From IMG/VR virus record IMGVR_UViG_3300039191_000526: a DNA stretch of 64,000 bases. One strand, 5' to 3'. The position numbers were made by a program, and so were the translations under genes. This DNA comes from an uncultured virus (IMG/VR IMGVR_UViG_3300039191_000526) (lineage: Duplodnaviria > Heunggongvirae > Uroviricota > Caudoviricetes). The notes under the pieces were generated by a model. It made no database searches. It was not told where the DNA came from and saw only the letters and a list, made by a program, of their open reading frames with translations. Shown here piece by piece: positions 29,089 through 37,935 of this stretch (the first letter of the stretch is position 1; each line of letters begins with the position of its first letter).

Positions 29089-30459
29089 TTAATCCATCAT
29101 ATCGGCAGCTTCCTGAGCAAGTTTAGATCTTACACATTCTTTATTTTCCATTGTAATTTGAGCACATAATGAACTTCCTTTCATTGATTCTGAAGCATAA
29201 GATAATCCATTTGTTCTTTCACTTAAATAAGGATTATCAATTTGTTCAGGGTCACCAACCATTATTACCTTAGTACCTTTCCCAGCACGCGTAACAATTC
29301 CTTTAGCTTGTTCCCGAGTAAGGTTTTGGGCTTCATCTATAATTAACCAATGTTTTACAATTGACCTCCCTCTTAAATACCCTACTGCTTGCATATCAAT
29401 ATATTGCTTTTCAAATAATTGAGCTATTTTATCTTGTAATTCTTCTTCATTTTTATATCTTTCATCTTCATTAGAATCAACTAATACTTCTAAATTATCA
29501 TAAATAGGACGCATTAAAGGTTTAATTTTTTCCTTTTCATTTCCTGGTAAATATCCTAAATCGTCCCCCATTAATTCATTAGGTCGGCATACTAAAATCT
29601 TTCTAAATTTATCATCATTATTTAAAACTATATTTTGTAATCCAGTAGCTAATGAATAGAATGTCTTAGCAGTCCCTGCTGGACCTTTAACTAGTACTAA
29701 TGGTATATCATTAACATCAGCCATTAAAGCTTCCTGCATGAATTTCTGGCCACTATTACGTGGAGTAACACCATAAGGGTATTCTTTTAAATGTTGTAAT
29801 TGTTCAATCTTAGTACAATCATTATTAATTTTACCTAATCCTGAACCATCATTAGTTTCAATAGTTATAAATTCATTAGGGGTAAAATCATAATTAATTT
29901 GTTTACCTTCCTCAATAACGCTAATTTCATTTATATTTAAATAGCCTTGCTCAAAAAATTTATTTAATGTTTTTTGAGAGGTATGAACTGTTTTTCTACC
30001 TTTATATTGGTTATTTAACTTTGGAGCTTTATCAGAGTTATAATCTTCAACATTCAACCCCATTGCATCTGCTTTAATACGTAAATTAGTATCTTTAGAT
30101 ATTAAAACAACATTTTTTTCTTCTTTTTTTAATGCTTTACAAATTTGTAAAATTCGATGATCAGCTTTATTTAATTCCCACGTTGGAGGTAATTTAATAT
30201 CTCTATGGTTTAATTCAATTCTTAAAATTCCTCCATTATTCATTTTAACGCCTTTATTAAGATTACCTTTTTTACGATATTTTTCAATTTTATTAGTAGC
30301 TGTTCTAGCATGAAAATTAATTTCTTTTTTTCCTTTTTTAAAATCATCTAATTCATCTACAACAGCTCCAGGTACAATTATATTGTTATCTTCAAACGCT
30401 ACTAATGCTTCGGGGGAATGCAATAAAACATTTGTATCTAACACAAAAGTTTTCTCCAT
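29089..30459 (-). CDS. phoH: PIN-PhoH family protein (YlaK-like)
   Basis: VLDTNVLLH PIN domain; GPAGTAKT, YLRGRS, IIDEAQN, GDPEQID. Confidence 0.92.
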   Translation of the reverse strand: MEKTFVLDTNVLLHSPEALVAFEDNNIIVPGAVVDELDDFKKGKKEINFHARTATNKIEKYRKKGNLNKGVKMNNGGILRIELNHRDIKLPPTWELNKADHRILQICKALKKEEKNVVLISKDTNLRIKADAMGLNVEDYNSDKAPKLNNQYKGRKTVHTSQKTLNKFFEQGYLNINEISVIEEGKQINYDFTPNEFITIETNDGSGLGKINNDCTKIEQLQHLKEYPYGVTPRNSGQKFMQEALMADVNDIPLVLVKGPAGTAKTFYSLATGLQNIVLNNDDKFRKILVCRPNELMGDDLGYLPGNEKEKIKPLMRPIYDNLEVLVDSNEDERYKNEEELQDKIAQLFEKQYIDMQAVGYLRGRSIVKHWLIIDEAQNLTREQAKGIVTRAGKGTKVIMVGDPEQIDNPYLSERTNGLSYASESMKGSSLCAQITMENKECVRSKLAQEAADMMD

Positions 30460-30533
30460 TAGTTAATAGCCTCCCATTTCATTTTAAAAAATTTTATTTT
30501 ATTTTTATTGTATCTTCATAATCTAAATATAAC

Positions 30534-31271
30534 TTAACAGTCCTTTAATAATAATAATTTCTTTTTTAATTGGTCATTTTTAGTTTGATTTATTAGGTTA
30601 TAAAATTTATTTAGTGAATTTTTTCTTAACCAAGAATCTAAATCATCATTTTTAGGTAATAAATTAGCATGTAATTTAACTTTTAAATCTCCTTTAGTAT
30701 GTAAATTCCTTATTCCCTTAAGACCTTCTTGGCCAGCATTATCAGAATCATATATTACATGTATGTTTTTAGTATAACGAGCTGCAACAGCTAAATGATC
30801 TAAAGAACAATGTGCTCCAAAAGTTGAAGTAACTATTTTTAAACCTTTTTGCCAAGCTGTAATTACATCAAATTGCCCCTCAGTAATAACCATTTTTTGT
30901 TGTTTTAAAATATCTTTTTTATTTACTGATAAACCAAATAGTGTTTTTCTACTTGGAAATGAATAATGATCATATTTAGGACCATTTAAGCGATTATCAA
31001 TTAACCTTCCAGAGATTGATATTATTTTTCCATTTTGATCTCTTATAGGAAATGTTATTCTTCCCCACATTTTAGTCCAAGGCTTTTTGTTAGAATTATT
31101 ATTATAACATAAAGGAGTACTTTTAAATGGGGACCATCCAATTTCCCATTCTTTAACTGTCTTATATTCAATCCCTCTTGATTTTAAATACTGCCTAGCT
31201 TTTTTACCAGTATTTCTTTTTAATAATTGTTTTTTATAAAACTTATTTTCTTCTTTTAAATTTAGTTCCAT
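30534..31271 (-). CDS. dnaG: DNA primase catalytic core (Toprim) lacking an N-terminal zinc-binding domain
   Basis: YLKSRGI, RITFPIRDQNG, GR, PKY, ITEGQFDVI, YDSDNAG; start reassigned by SD. Confidence 0.85.
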   Translation of the reverse strand: MELNLKEENKFYKKQLLKRNTGKKARQYLKSRGIEYKTVKEWEIGWSPFKSTPLCYNNNSNKKPWTKMWGRITFPIRDQNGKIISISGRLIDNRLNGPKYDHYSFPSRKTLFGLSVNKKDILKQQKMVITEGQFDVITAWQKGLKIVTSTFGAHCSLDHLAVAARYTKNIHVIYDSDNAGQEGLKGIRNLHTKGDLKVKLHANLLPKNDDLDSWLRKNSLNKFYNLINQTKNDQLKKKLLLLKDC

Positions 31272-31370
31272 AATCATCCCTTCCTTATTAAAGGATCTCT
31301 TATATATAAAATATTTAAAAAAAAGCAATTTTTAAACAAAAAAAAGTAAGAAGGTTAAAAAACCTTCTTA

Positions 31371-31754
31371 CTAGCATGCTAATAAGCGCATTTTATTATT
31401 TATATCATATTGTTGTAAACAAACAATTTCATAATCATATAAATCTAAATTACTATTATCACGATTAGGATAAACAAATTCCTTTTTACTAAAATCAAAA
31501 ACTGGATGATGCATTAATTCATCTTTAACATAGTGACACATTTTATTAAAATTAATTTTAATATTATATTTTTCACCATAATATTCCTTAAATTCATCTG
31601 ATTTTAAATAATGGTACATATCATAGTTTAATCTAACTGCTATTTTACCCGGTTTTTGTTTTTTAACTTCTTTCACTTTTTGTTTAATTTCTTTAATAAA
31701 ACCTATAAAAACAGATTCTTTCAATTTTATTTTTTCCTCTTCATTTATGTTCAT
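31371..31754 (-). CDS. Hypothetical protein
   Basis: ORF with SD. Confidence 0.6.
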   Translation of the reverse strand: MNINEEEKIKLKESVFIGFIKEIKQKVKEVKKQKPGKIAVRLNYDMYHYLKSDEFKEYYGEKYNIKINFNKMCHYVKDELMHHPVFDFSKKEFVYPNRDNSNLDLYDYEIVCLQQYDINNKMRLLAC

Positions 31755-31768
31755 TATAATTCCCCCTT

Positions 31769-32083
31769 TTAAGAAGCTAAGTTAATCATTGATTGAATAC
31801 TATTAATTTTTTGTTTAGTAGAAGGTCCAATAGAAATAGCATTATTATTTAAAAAATTATTTAAAATAAAATATTTTATATTTTTTGTTGATTTAATCAT
31901 TTTAATTATAGAAGATAATTGATTATTAGTTACTTCTATAAATTCCATATTTGAACAAGTACTAATTTCATTATTATTAATACAATCTAATATTGCACCT
32001 TTAGTAGTACTTATATTTTTTATTTTATTTGTATTTGCTATTTCCATTGGATAATTCTCACAAAAATAAATTATTTGTTTCAA
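31769..32083 (-). CDS. Degenerate Pth2-like (IGP) family protein
   Basis: TTG start after AAGGAG; AISIGPSTKQKINSIQSMINL. Confidence 0.5.
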   Translation of the reverse strand: MKQIIYFCENYPMEIANTNKIKNISTTKGAILDCINNNEISTCSNMEFIEVTNNQLSSIIKMIKSTKNIKYFILNNFLNNNAISIGPSTKQKINSIQSMINLAS

Positions 32084-32087
32084 TAAT

Positions 32088-32375
32088 TTATTCTCCTTTC
32101 GATTTAATAATAGTAATTTCATCCTCATCAATGAAATTATTAAAATTATTTTTATTCCATATACCAAATTTAATTAAAATGTCATATTTATTTATATATT
32201 TATTCACTATATGATTAATTTTATTTTCAATTTTACTAATATTTTTATTTGTTAAAGGTTCAATTCCAATTTCAACATAATTTAAATCATTAGATTTGTA
32301 AAATGCAACTCCAATAATATCATTAATTTCAGATTTTTTTAATTCTTTGTATAATTTTTTTTGCCATTTATTCAA
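32088..32375 (-). CDS. Hypothetical protein, possibly degenerate minimal-nucleotidyltransferase-like fold
   Basis: Paralog of the upstream frameshifted gene. Confidence 0.5.
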   Translation of the reverse strand: MNKWQKKLYKELKKSEINDIIGVAFYKSNDLNYVEIGIEPLTNKNISKIENKINHIVNKYINKYDILIKFGIWNKNNFNNFIDEDEITIIKSKGE

Positions 32376-32389
32376 TTCATCCCACCTCT

Positions 32390-32651
32390 CTATTTAGATT
32401 TTATAATACTATCCTTTCTAAGCCACTCTTTAAACTCTCTAATGGTTAAAGTAAAAAAATCAATAACAATATCATTATATTTATTATATATCTCGCAATG
32501 TATCTTGGAACATTTTTGAATTACTGACATACTACATGGATCAACAGCTACATTAATATACCAGATTCCATGTCTCTTAGTAAAGCTCATTTTTATAAAT
32601 TCATCGATTTTTTTTTAGTTTATTAAAATATTCTTTTTGCCACTTATCCAC
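32390..32651 (-). pseudogene. Paralog of 32088 ORF with 1-nt frameshift in A9 tract (32608-32616)
   Basis: GTG start reads MDKWQKEYFNKLKK (cf. MNKWQKKLYKELKK), one base out of frame with 32390..32590. Confidence 0.55.
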
Positions 32652-32685
32652 ATAATCACCCTCTTTGTTTATGATCAACAATTTT

Positions 32686-32714
32686 ATTATATAATATCTC
32701 AAGTAAATTGTAAA
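32686..32714 (-). promoter_or_regulatory. Sigma-A-like promoter
   Basis: TTTACA-17 nt-TATAAT. Confidence 0.65.
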
Positions 32715-32721
32715 TAGTTTT

Positions 32722-33075
32722 TTATTTATTTTTATTAATAATAGTTAATGTTTCACCTTTTTTTAAGGGGTACATAGTTTTACATGTATCACAAAGTTTA
32801 TTTGTTTTATTTTTATCTAAATCATTAATATAATAGGATATTTCTTCACAATGGGGACATTTAAAAATATAATTATAATCTATAACCCCACCTTTTTTTA
32901 ATTTAAAAATTATCTTTTTCATTTCTTGTTTCCCTATTCCTTTTTGGCTAATTCTCCTAGCTCTTCGAGTTAATCCTGTTAATCTTACTAATTCAACTTC
33001 TTCCATGTTAAAAATGTCAATAATATCTTCAATCATATTGTCCATATTTTTATCTCTCCAAAACTCGTCAGACAT
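32722..33075 (-). CDS. Zinc-ribbon protein
   Basis: CPHC...CDTC. Confidence 0.65.
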   Translation of the reverse strand: MSDEFWRDKNMDNMIEDIIDIFNMEEVELVRLTGLTRRARRISQKGIGKQEMKKIIFKLKKGGVIDYNYIFKCPHCEEISYYINDLDKNKTNKLCDTCKTMYPLKKGETLTIINKNK

Positions 33076-33086
33076 ATAAACCCCCC

Positions 33087-33446
33087 TTATAATAAATTGC
33101 TAATTGTTTCTATTACTTTATCTTTATTAATAGGTTTTACTATAAAATCTTTTGCGCCTGCCTCAATAGCTTCTAATACCATTGGCTTTTGTCCCATAGC
33201 ACTACATACTATAATTTTAGTATTAGGATCATAATCAAGAATTTGTTTAGTAGCTTCAATACCATCTACTTTAGGCATTGTTATATCCATTGTTACTAAA
33301 TCAGGTGTTGTTTCTTTATATTTTTCAATAGCTTGTTCACCATTATTAGCTTCATCAATAACTTCATATCCTTGTTCTTCAATTATCCTACTTAACATTA
33401 CTCTCATAAATCTAGCATCATCAGTAATTAATATCTTTTTTGACAA
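33087..33446 (-). CDS. cheY: Stand-alone receiver protein, Firmicute-type CheY
   Basis: ILITDDARFMR, PDLVTMDITMP, CSAMGQ..MV.EAI.AGAKDFIVKP. Confidence 0.88.
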   Translation of the reverse strand: MSKKILITDDARFMRVMLSRIIEEQGYEVIDEANNGEQAIEKYKETTPDLVTMDITMPKVDGIEATKQILDYDPNTKIIVCSAMGQKPMVLEAIEAGAKDFIVKPINKDKVIETISNLL

Positions 33447-33527
33447 GTTTGATTACCTCCTCCTATATATTAGGTTTTCTATTTATAAAATAAAAAAAAT
33501 AAGGGGCTATATACCCCTTATTTAAAA

Positions 33528-33809
33528 TTAAATTAAACTTTTTATAAAAACTTTAATAAGTGTTTTTGTTTTAATATTTGGTTTGTCTTGAATTAAAGTC
33601 CTATTAAACCTACGATAATCATATACATATTCAAAGATTTTTTTAAGGTCATCATCACCTTCTACGTGATCACTAATATGTTTTTCATCATTATCAATAA
33701 TATTATCCAACATTTTATTTAATTCATAATCATCATTACATTGTAAAAGTAATTGAACAACATAAAAAGAATAAGCTGTTTTAAACATTTTCATTTTTAC
33801 CACCTCCAT
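33528..33809 (-). CDS. Hypothetical protein
   Basis: ORF with SD. Confidence 0.55.
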   Translation of the reverse strand: MEVVKMKMFKTAYSFYVVQLLLQCNDDYELNKMLDNIIDNDEKHISDHVEGDDDLKKIFEYVYDYRRFNRTLIQDKPNIKTKTLIKVFIKSLI

Positions 33810-33859
33810 ATATTTAAATATATGGAAGATAATAATTAATTATTTTTATTCAATACCCA

Positions 33860-34060
33860 TTATTTAAACCTTAATTCTTTTTTAAAGTCATCAAATTCTT
33901 TTTTAGAAGGCATATTATCTTTAAATTCTAAATATAATAATATTTTTCTTAACGATTTTTGTAAGTTATAATAGGTTTCATTTAATTGTATTTTATTATT
34001 TTTTATTTGTAAAGAATAATATTTATTTAAAAATTTTTTATTTATATTCCATTTAATCAT
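33860..34060 (-). CDS. Small paralog-family protein (33860-34939 cluster)
   Basis: I.L.E....L..I...L...EF.DF pattern. Confidence 0.5.
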   Translation of the reverse strand: MIKWNINKKFLNKYYSLQIKNNKIQLNETYYNLQKSLRKILLYLEFKDNMPSKKEFDDFKKELRFK

Positions 34061-34362
34061 TTTTTTATATCCTCCATAAATTTATTCATTAATTTTTTTG
34101 ATTCAATAAAATCATTAATTTTTTGTGGAGAAATATCTATTTGATTTTTATTGCAATAATTAATTAATGTAGATATGTAATGTTCAAGTTCAATAATTCT
34201 TTTTAAATTTTGTTTAATACCTTTTTTCTTACACGTAATTTCATAATATTCTTCTTCGTTATTCCATTCTATATATCCATTATCTCCAGGAATTTGTATG
34301 TTTTTAATTATTATTAATTTTCTCCATTGTTTTATATGAATCAATAAAATCTTTAAAATCAT
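34057..34362 (-). CDS. Small paralog-family protein
   Basis: INDFIESKKLMNKF; true start uncertain. Confidence 0.5.
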   Translation of the reverse strand: MILKILLIHIKQWRKLIIIKNIQIPGDNGYIEWNNEEEYYEITCKKKGIKQNLKRIIELEHYISTLINYCNKNQIDISPQKINDFIESKKLMNKFMEDIKK

Positions 34363-34630
34363 TTAATTGTTCTTTTGATTCAAGATATTTAATTAAATAA
34401 AATAATGTTTCATGAATATCTTTAAGAGTTAAATTATAATTTATATAACTATTTTCATTTTTATAATCTTTGTGTTGATCATTAAAATTATCATTATCAT
34501 GAATAGTTTCCAATAAACTTTTATGGATTTTATTTTCATTTAATTTTAATTCTGATTTTGTAATATTTGATGTAGTATTAGGATCGATATATAAACCATC
34601 AGAGTTATATTCCTCCATTATTATTACCAC
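34304..34630 (-). CDS. Small paralog-family protein
   Basis: LTLKDI...FKDFIDSYKTMEKI. Confidence 0.55.
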   Translation of the reverse strand: MVIIMEEYNSDGLYIDPNTTSNITKSELKLNENKIHKSLLETIHDNDNFNDQHKDYKNENSYINYNLTLKDIHETLFYLIKYLESKEQLNDFKDFIDSYKTMEKINNN

Positions 34631-34633
34631 CTT

Positions 34634-34939
34634 TTATTTATTATCTGCTAATTTTTCAGTTAACTCAATAGCTCTTATTACATCTTCAAATTCTTCTTCA
34701 TCATCAATAATACCTTTAACTATTAAAATTCTTTTAATGGCTTCAATTTTATTATTAATCTCTTTTAATGAAATTTGATTATTTTCTATAGTAATTGCAC
34801 TTTTGTCAATACTATGATCATGTAATACATAATTCTTTGGACCAAAAGTAATATTATTATTTCCTTTTTTTAACTCATCAAGATCAGTTTCAATTTTATC
34901 AAAAATATTATTGTTTTTATTAGAATTATAATGCCTCAT
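34634..34939 (-). CDS. Small paralog-family protein
   Basis: ISLKEI...FEDVIRAIELTEKL. Confidence 0.55.
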   Translation of the reverse strand: MRHYNSNKNNNIFDKIETDLDELKKGNNNITFGPKNYVLHDHSIDKSAITIENNQISLKEINNKIEAIKRILIVKGIIDDEEEFEDVIRAIELTEKLADNK

Positions 34940-34990
34940 ATATAAGAAGGAAGGGGATAACCCTTCCTTATTTCCCCCCCTTTATTAATA

Positions 34991-36190
34991 TTAAATATCA
35001 GACCAATCTTCTTCATTTCCATCAGCAATTGGGACATCTTCTCCATTTTCTAATGCTTTAGCTTCTTTTTGCATTCTTCTTTCAAATTCTTCTTTAGAAA
35101 TATCACTATCATAATCCTCAGAATCAAATATTTTTGTTCCATCAGTTATTCCATTTTGAATCATATCCATAATTTCTTGTTGTACATGAGGAAATTGCCT
35201 AATTTCATCTTTTACATGATCTTTCTTTTTAGCAAGAAAATCTGGTTCTGTAGGCCATTTCCATGTTCTACCTCTTGAATTTAAATTACCTGATGAATCA
35301 TAACGGGGAATTAATCCCTTAGCCATAGCAACATCAGCTAATTCTTCAGCTTTATCAACTTGGCGACCATCATAATATACTTTAAATTGTGCTTCTCTAA
35401 ATGGAGGAGCAACTTTATTTTTAACTACCTTAGCTACAATTTCATGACCAACTTGTATTGTCTCTCCACCCTGTTTTTCTTTAATTGAAGAACCACCAGC
35501 ACGTCTTAATTTAACCCTTACTGAACTATAAAATTTAAGAGCTCGACCACCAGGAGTGGTATTAGGGTTTCCATACATTACTCCAACCTTAGAACGTGTT
35601 TGATTAATAAAAATTATATTAGCTCCATATTCTGATGCTTTTGGAACAATTCTTCTTAAAAATTGTGACATATGACGTGCAACTAATGCAATATTTTGTT
35701 TACCTACATCTTCTTCTAATTCCTCTTTTGGAACTAAAGCTGCAACAGAATCTAAAACTATCATATCAATTCCTGCCTCAACTAAACTATCAATTACTTT
35801 AAATGCTTGTTGTAAATGATCAGGTTGTGATAAAACTAATTCATCTATATTAACTCCTAATTTACTAGCAAATGTTGGATCAAAAGAATGTTCCATATCA
35901 ATAAAAGCTGCAATTCCACCTTGATCTTGACATTTTCCCATTACTTTTGTAGCAGTTAATGTTTTACCAGATGATTCAGGACCAAAAAATTCTACTACCC
36001 TTCCTTTAGGGACACCTCCAACTCCTAATGCCATATCAAACATTAATGATCCAGTTGGAATAGATTCTACAGGTTCTCTTTCATGATCTCCCATAACATA
36101 TGCAACATTATCTTTCTTAGTTGATTTTTCTAGTCTTTTAATTGCTTTTTTAATTGACTTCATTTTCTTTTCTTTTTCAGTTTTAGCCAT
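34991..36190 (-). CDS. recA: RecA recombinase with divergent acidic C-terminus
   Basis: GPESSGKT, FIDMEH, LDSVAALVP, FINQ, PGGRALKFYSSVR, KVVKNKVAPPFR. Confidence 0.97.
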   Translation of the reverse strand: MAKTEKEKKMKSIKKAIKRLEKSTKKDNVAYVMGDHEREPVESIPTGSLMFDMALGVGGVPKGRVVEFFGPESSGKTLTATKVMGKCQDQGGIAAFIDMEHSFDPTFASKLGVNIDELVLSQPDHLQQAFKVIDSLVEAGIDMIVLDSVAALVPKEELEEDVGKQNIALVARHMSQFLRRIVPKASEYGANIIFINQTRSKVGVMYGNPNTTPGGRALKFYSSVRVKLRRAGGSSIKEKQGGETIQVGHEIVAKVVKNKVAPPFREAQFKVYYDGRQVDKAEELADVAMAKGLIPRYDSSGNLNSRGRTWKWPTEPDFLAKKKDHVKDEIRQFPHVQQEIMDMIQNGITDGTKIFDSEDYDSDISKEEFERRMQKEAKALENGEDVPIADGNEEDWSDI

Positions 36191-36323
36191 TAAAAAATTC
36201 CTCCTTATGTATTTGCTTATCTATATTAATAATATTTAAATTTTTTATTTTTTTTAATAAAAAAATAAAAAAAAATATTACCTGTAGAGTTTATATTAAT
36301 TAATATAATTTATGAAGATTATA

Positions 36324-36950
36324 TCAATTAAATTCTTTTAGATATTTTATAATATTTTGTGTAGATTGTTTTACTTCATAATATAATCCTTTACTTAATA
36401 TTTGACTTACAGAAGATTGGCTAATATTAAAATGACTAGCTACTTTTTGTTGGTTATTATATTTTTCATATATCTTAATTATTTCTTTTTGCCTTTGAGT
36501 TCTATTTTTTTTATTTAATTCAATAAAATGAAGTAATGAATTAATTAAATTTGAGGTGCTTTTTAAAGGTAATAAATAGTGAAGATTAAATTTTTCTTTT
36601 TTGGATTTATTAATCATTTCTCTAGCTCTATGGTAAGCTTTACCATCTAAATCCCAAGTAGTAGAATTGGGAAAAATTTTAGTTGAAATTTCCCCAATTC
36701 CTACTCCAAAATATAATTTTATAGGAGAGAATTTTTTATTTATTTTTTTCACTATTTCATAACTTAAAGAAGGTTTATTAATTAAACCTTGTATTTCATC
36801 ACCAGCATAAATTTTAAAATCAGCTACTAAACAACCCTTATAAGTACAATTAATTTCTTTTAAATATCTTTTTATTTTATTCTGTAATTTATTACGATTT
36901 TTAATTTGTTTAGACCCTACTATATCACCAATAATCGCACAATAATTCAT
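36324..36950 (-). CDS. SatD-family protein with C-terminal HTH
   Basis: AIIGDIVGS, AGDEIQG, FGVGIG, DGKAYHRAR, Q..VA..F.ISQSSVS. Confidence 0.8.
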   Translation of the reverse strand: MNYCAIIGDIVGSKQIKNRNKLQNKIKRYLKEINCTYKGCLVADFKIYAGDEIQGLINKPSLSYEIVKKINKKFSPIKLYFGVGIGEISTKIFPNSTTWDLDGKAYHRAREMINKSKKEKFNLHYLLPLKSTSNLINSLLHFIELNKKNRTQRQKEIIKIYEKYNNQQKVASHFNISQSSVSQILSKGLYYEVKQSTQNIIKYLKEFN

Positions 36951-36963
36951 TTTTTCACCTACT

Positions 36964-37527
36964 TTACAAATATTTTTTATTAATATATTTATAAATTTCA
37001 TTCCAATTATTAACCCTTTTAATGTTATTATCATTAACATTTTTATTATAAGGTCTAGTAAATAATATTGGTTCAATACCTTTCTCTTTAATATCTAATA
37101 TATTACTCCATTTATCATCAATCATTACATCACAATTTTTCCATTGGCAAGCATATCCTTTATCTCCACAATTAAAATTTAAAGTATCATAAGGAATTTC
37201 CTGTTTTTTTATCCACTCTTCAGTTAAAGAAGCAACATTATAATCTCGTGCTGTTAAAATGTGTAAATTACAATTATTATATTGTAATAATGATAATACT
37301 TTTTTTGCATTATCTTCAACAGATATTATATCTAATAGTTCTTCATTATATGTTTCCCAAAAATTCATAATATCTTCCTCATTAGTTATACCTGCAGCTT
37401 CTAACATACTATATTGTTTTAAATCAACTTCAATATCAAAATCTCTTTTTAAGATATATTGAATTGCCTTTGAAAGATTATTTAAACAACCATCAATATC
37501 AATTCCAATATTAAATTCTTTATTCAT
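36964..37527 (-). CDS. 5'(3')-nucleotidase, NT5C/HAD family
   Basis: IGIDIDG, LTAR, K...MIDD, RPYN, RV.NW. Confidence 0.85.
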   Translation of the reverse strand: MNKEFNIGIDIDGCLNNLSKAIQYILKRDFDIEVDLKQYSMLEAAGITNEEDIMNFWETYNEELLDIISVEDNAKKVLSLLQYNNCNLHILTARDYNVASLTEEWIKKQEIPYDTLNFNCGDKGYACQWKNCDVMIDDKWSNILDIKEKGIEPILFTRPYNKNVNDNNIKRVNNWNEIYKYINKKYL

Positions 37528-37579
37528 CTAAACCACCTCTTATAATTGTTATATTATTTATTAATTTTAATATAAAAAA

Positions 37580-37786
37580 CTACTCATTTAATTTATTTTT
37601 ACTTAATTTTTCTATTTTACTCTCTAATATTATTACTCTTTCTTTTAACTGGTTAACTTCTTGTCTATATTTTGTAATACTATTGGTTATAGTCAAATTT
37701 ACCCAAAAAGAAGAAAACAAAGTTACTATCCATACTATAAAAATAGTTATTCCTAAAATAATTATTTGATCTTTATTGTTCAACAT
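37580..37786 (-). CDS. TM plus coiled-coil small protein
   Basis: N-terminal hydrophobic helix. Confidence 0.55.
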   Translation of the reverse strand: MLNNKDQIIILGITIFIVWIVTLFSSFWVNLTITNSITKYRQEVNQLKERVIILESKIEKLSKNKLNE

Positions 37787-37878
37787 TAATCACCCCCATT
37801 TTAATAATTTATTTAATAATATAATATAACTTTAAAAATTATTTTTTAACTTTCTTTTAAAATATTTTTATAAAATTG

Positions 37879-37907
37879 TTTACAAAGCCATTTAATAATG
37901 ATATAAT
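37879..37907 (+). promoter_or_regulatory. Sigma-A-like promoter for the helicase operon
   Basis: TTTACA-17 nt-TATAAT. Confidence 0.75.
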
Positions 37908-37935
37908 AATATTGTAACGTATGAGGAGGGATAAT

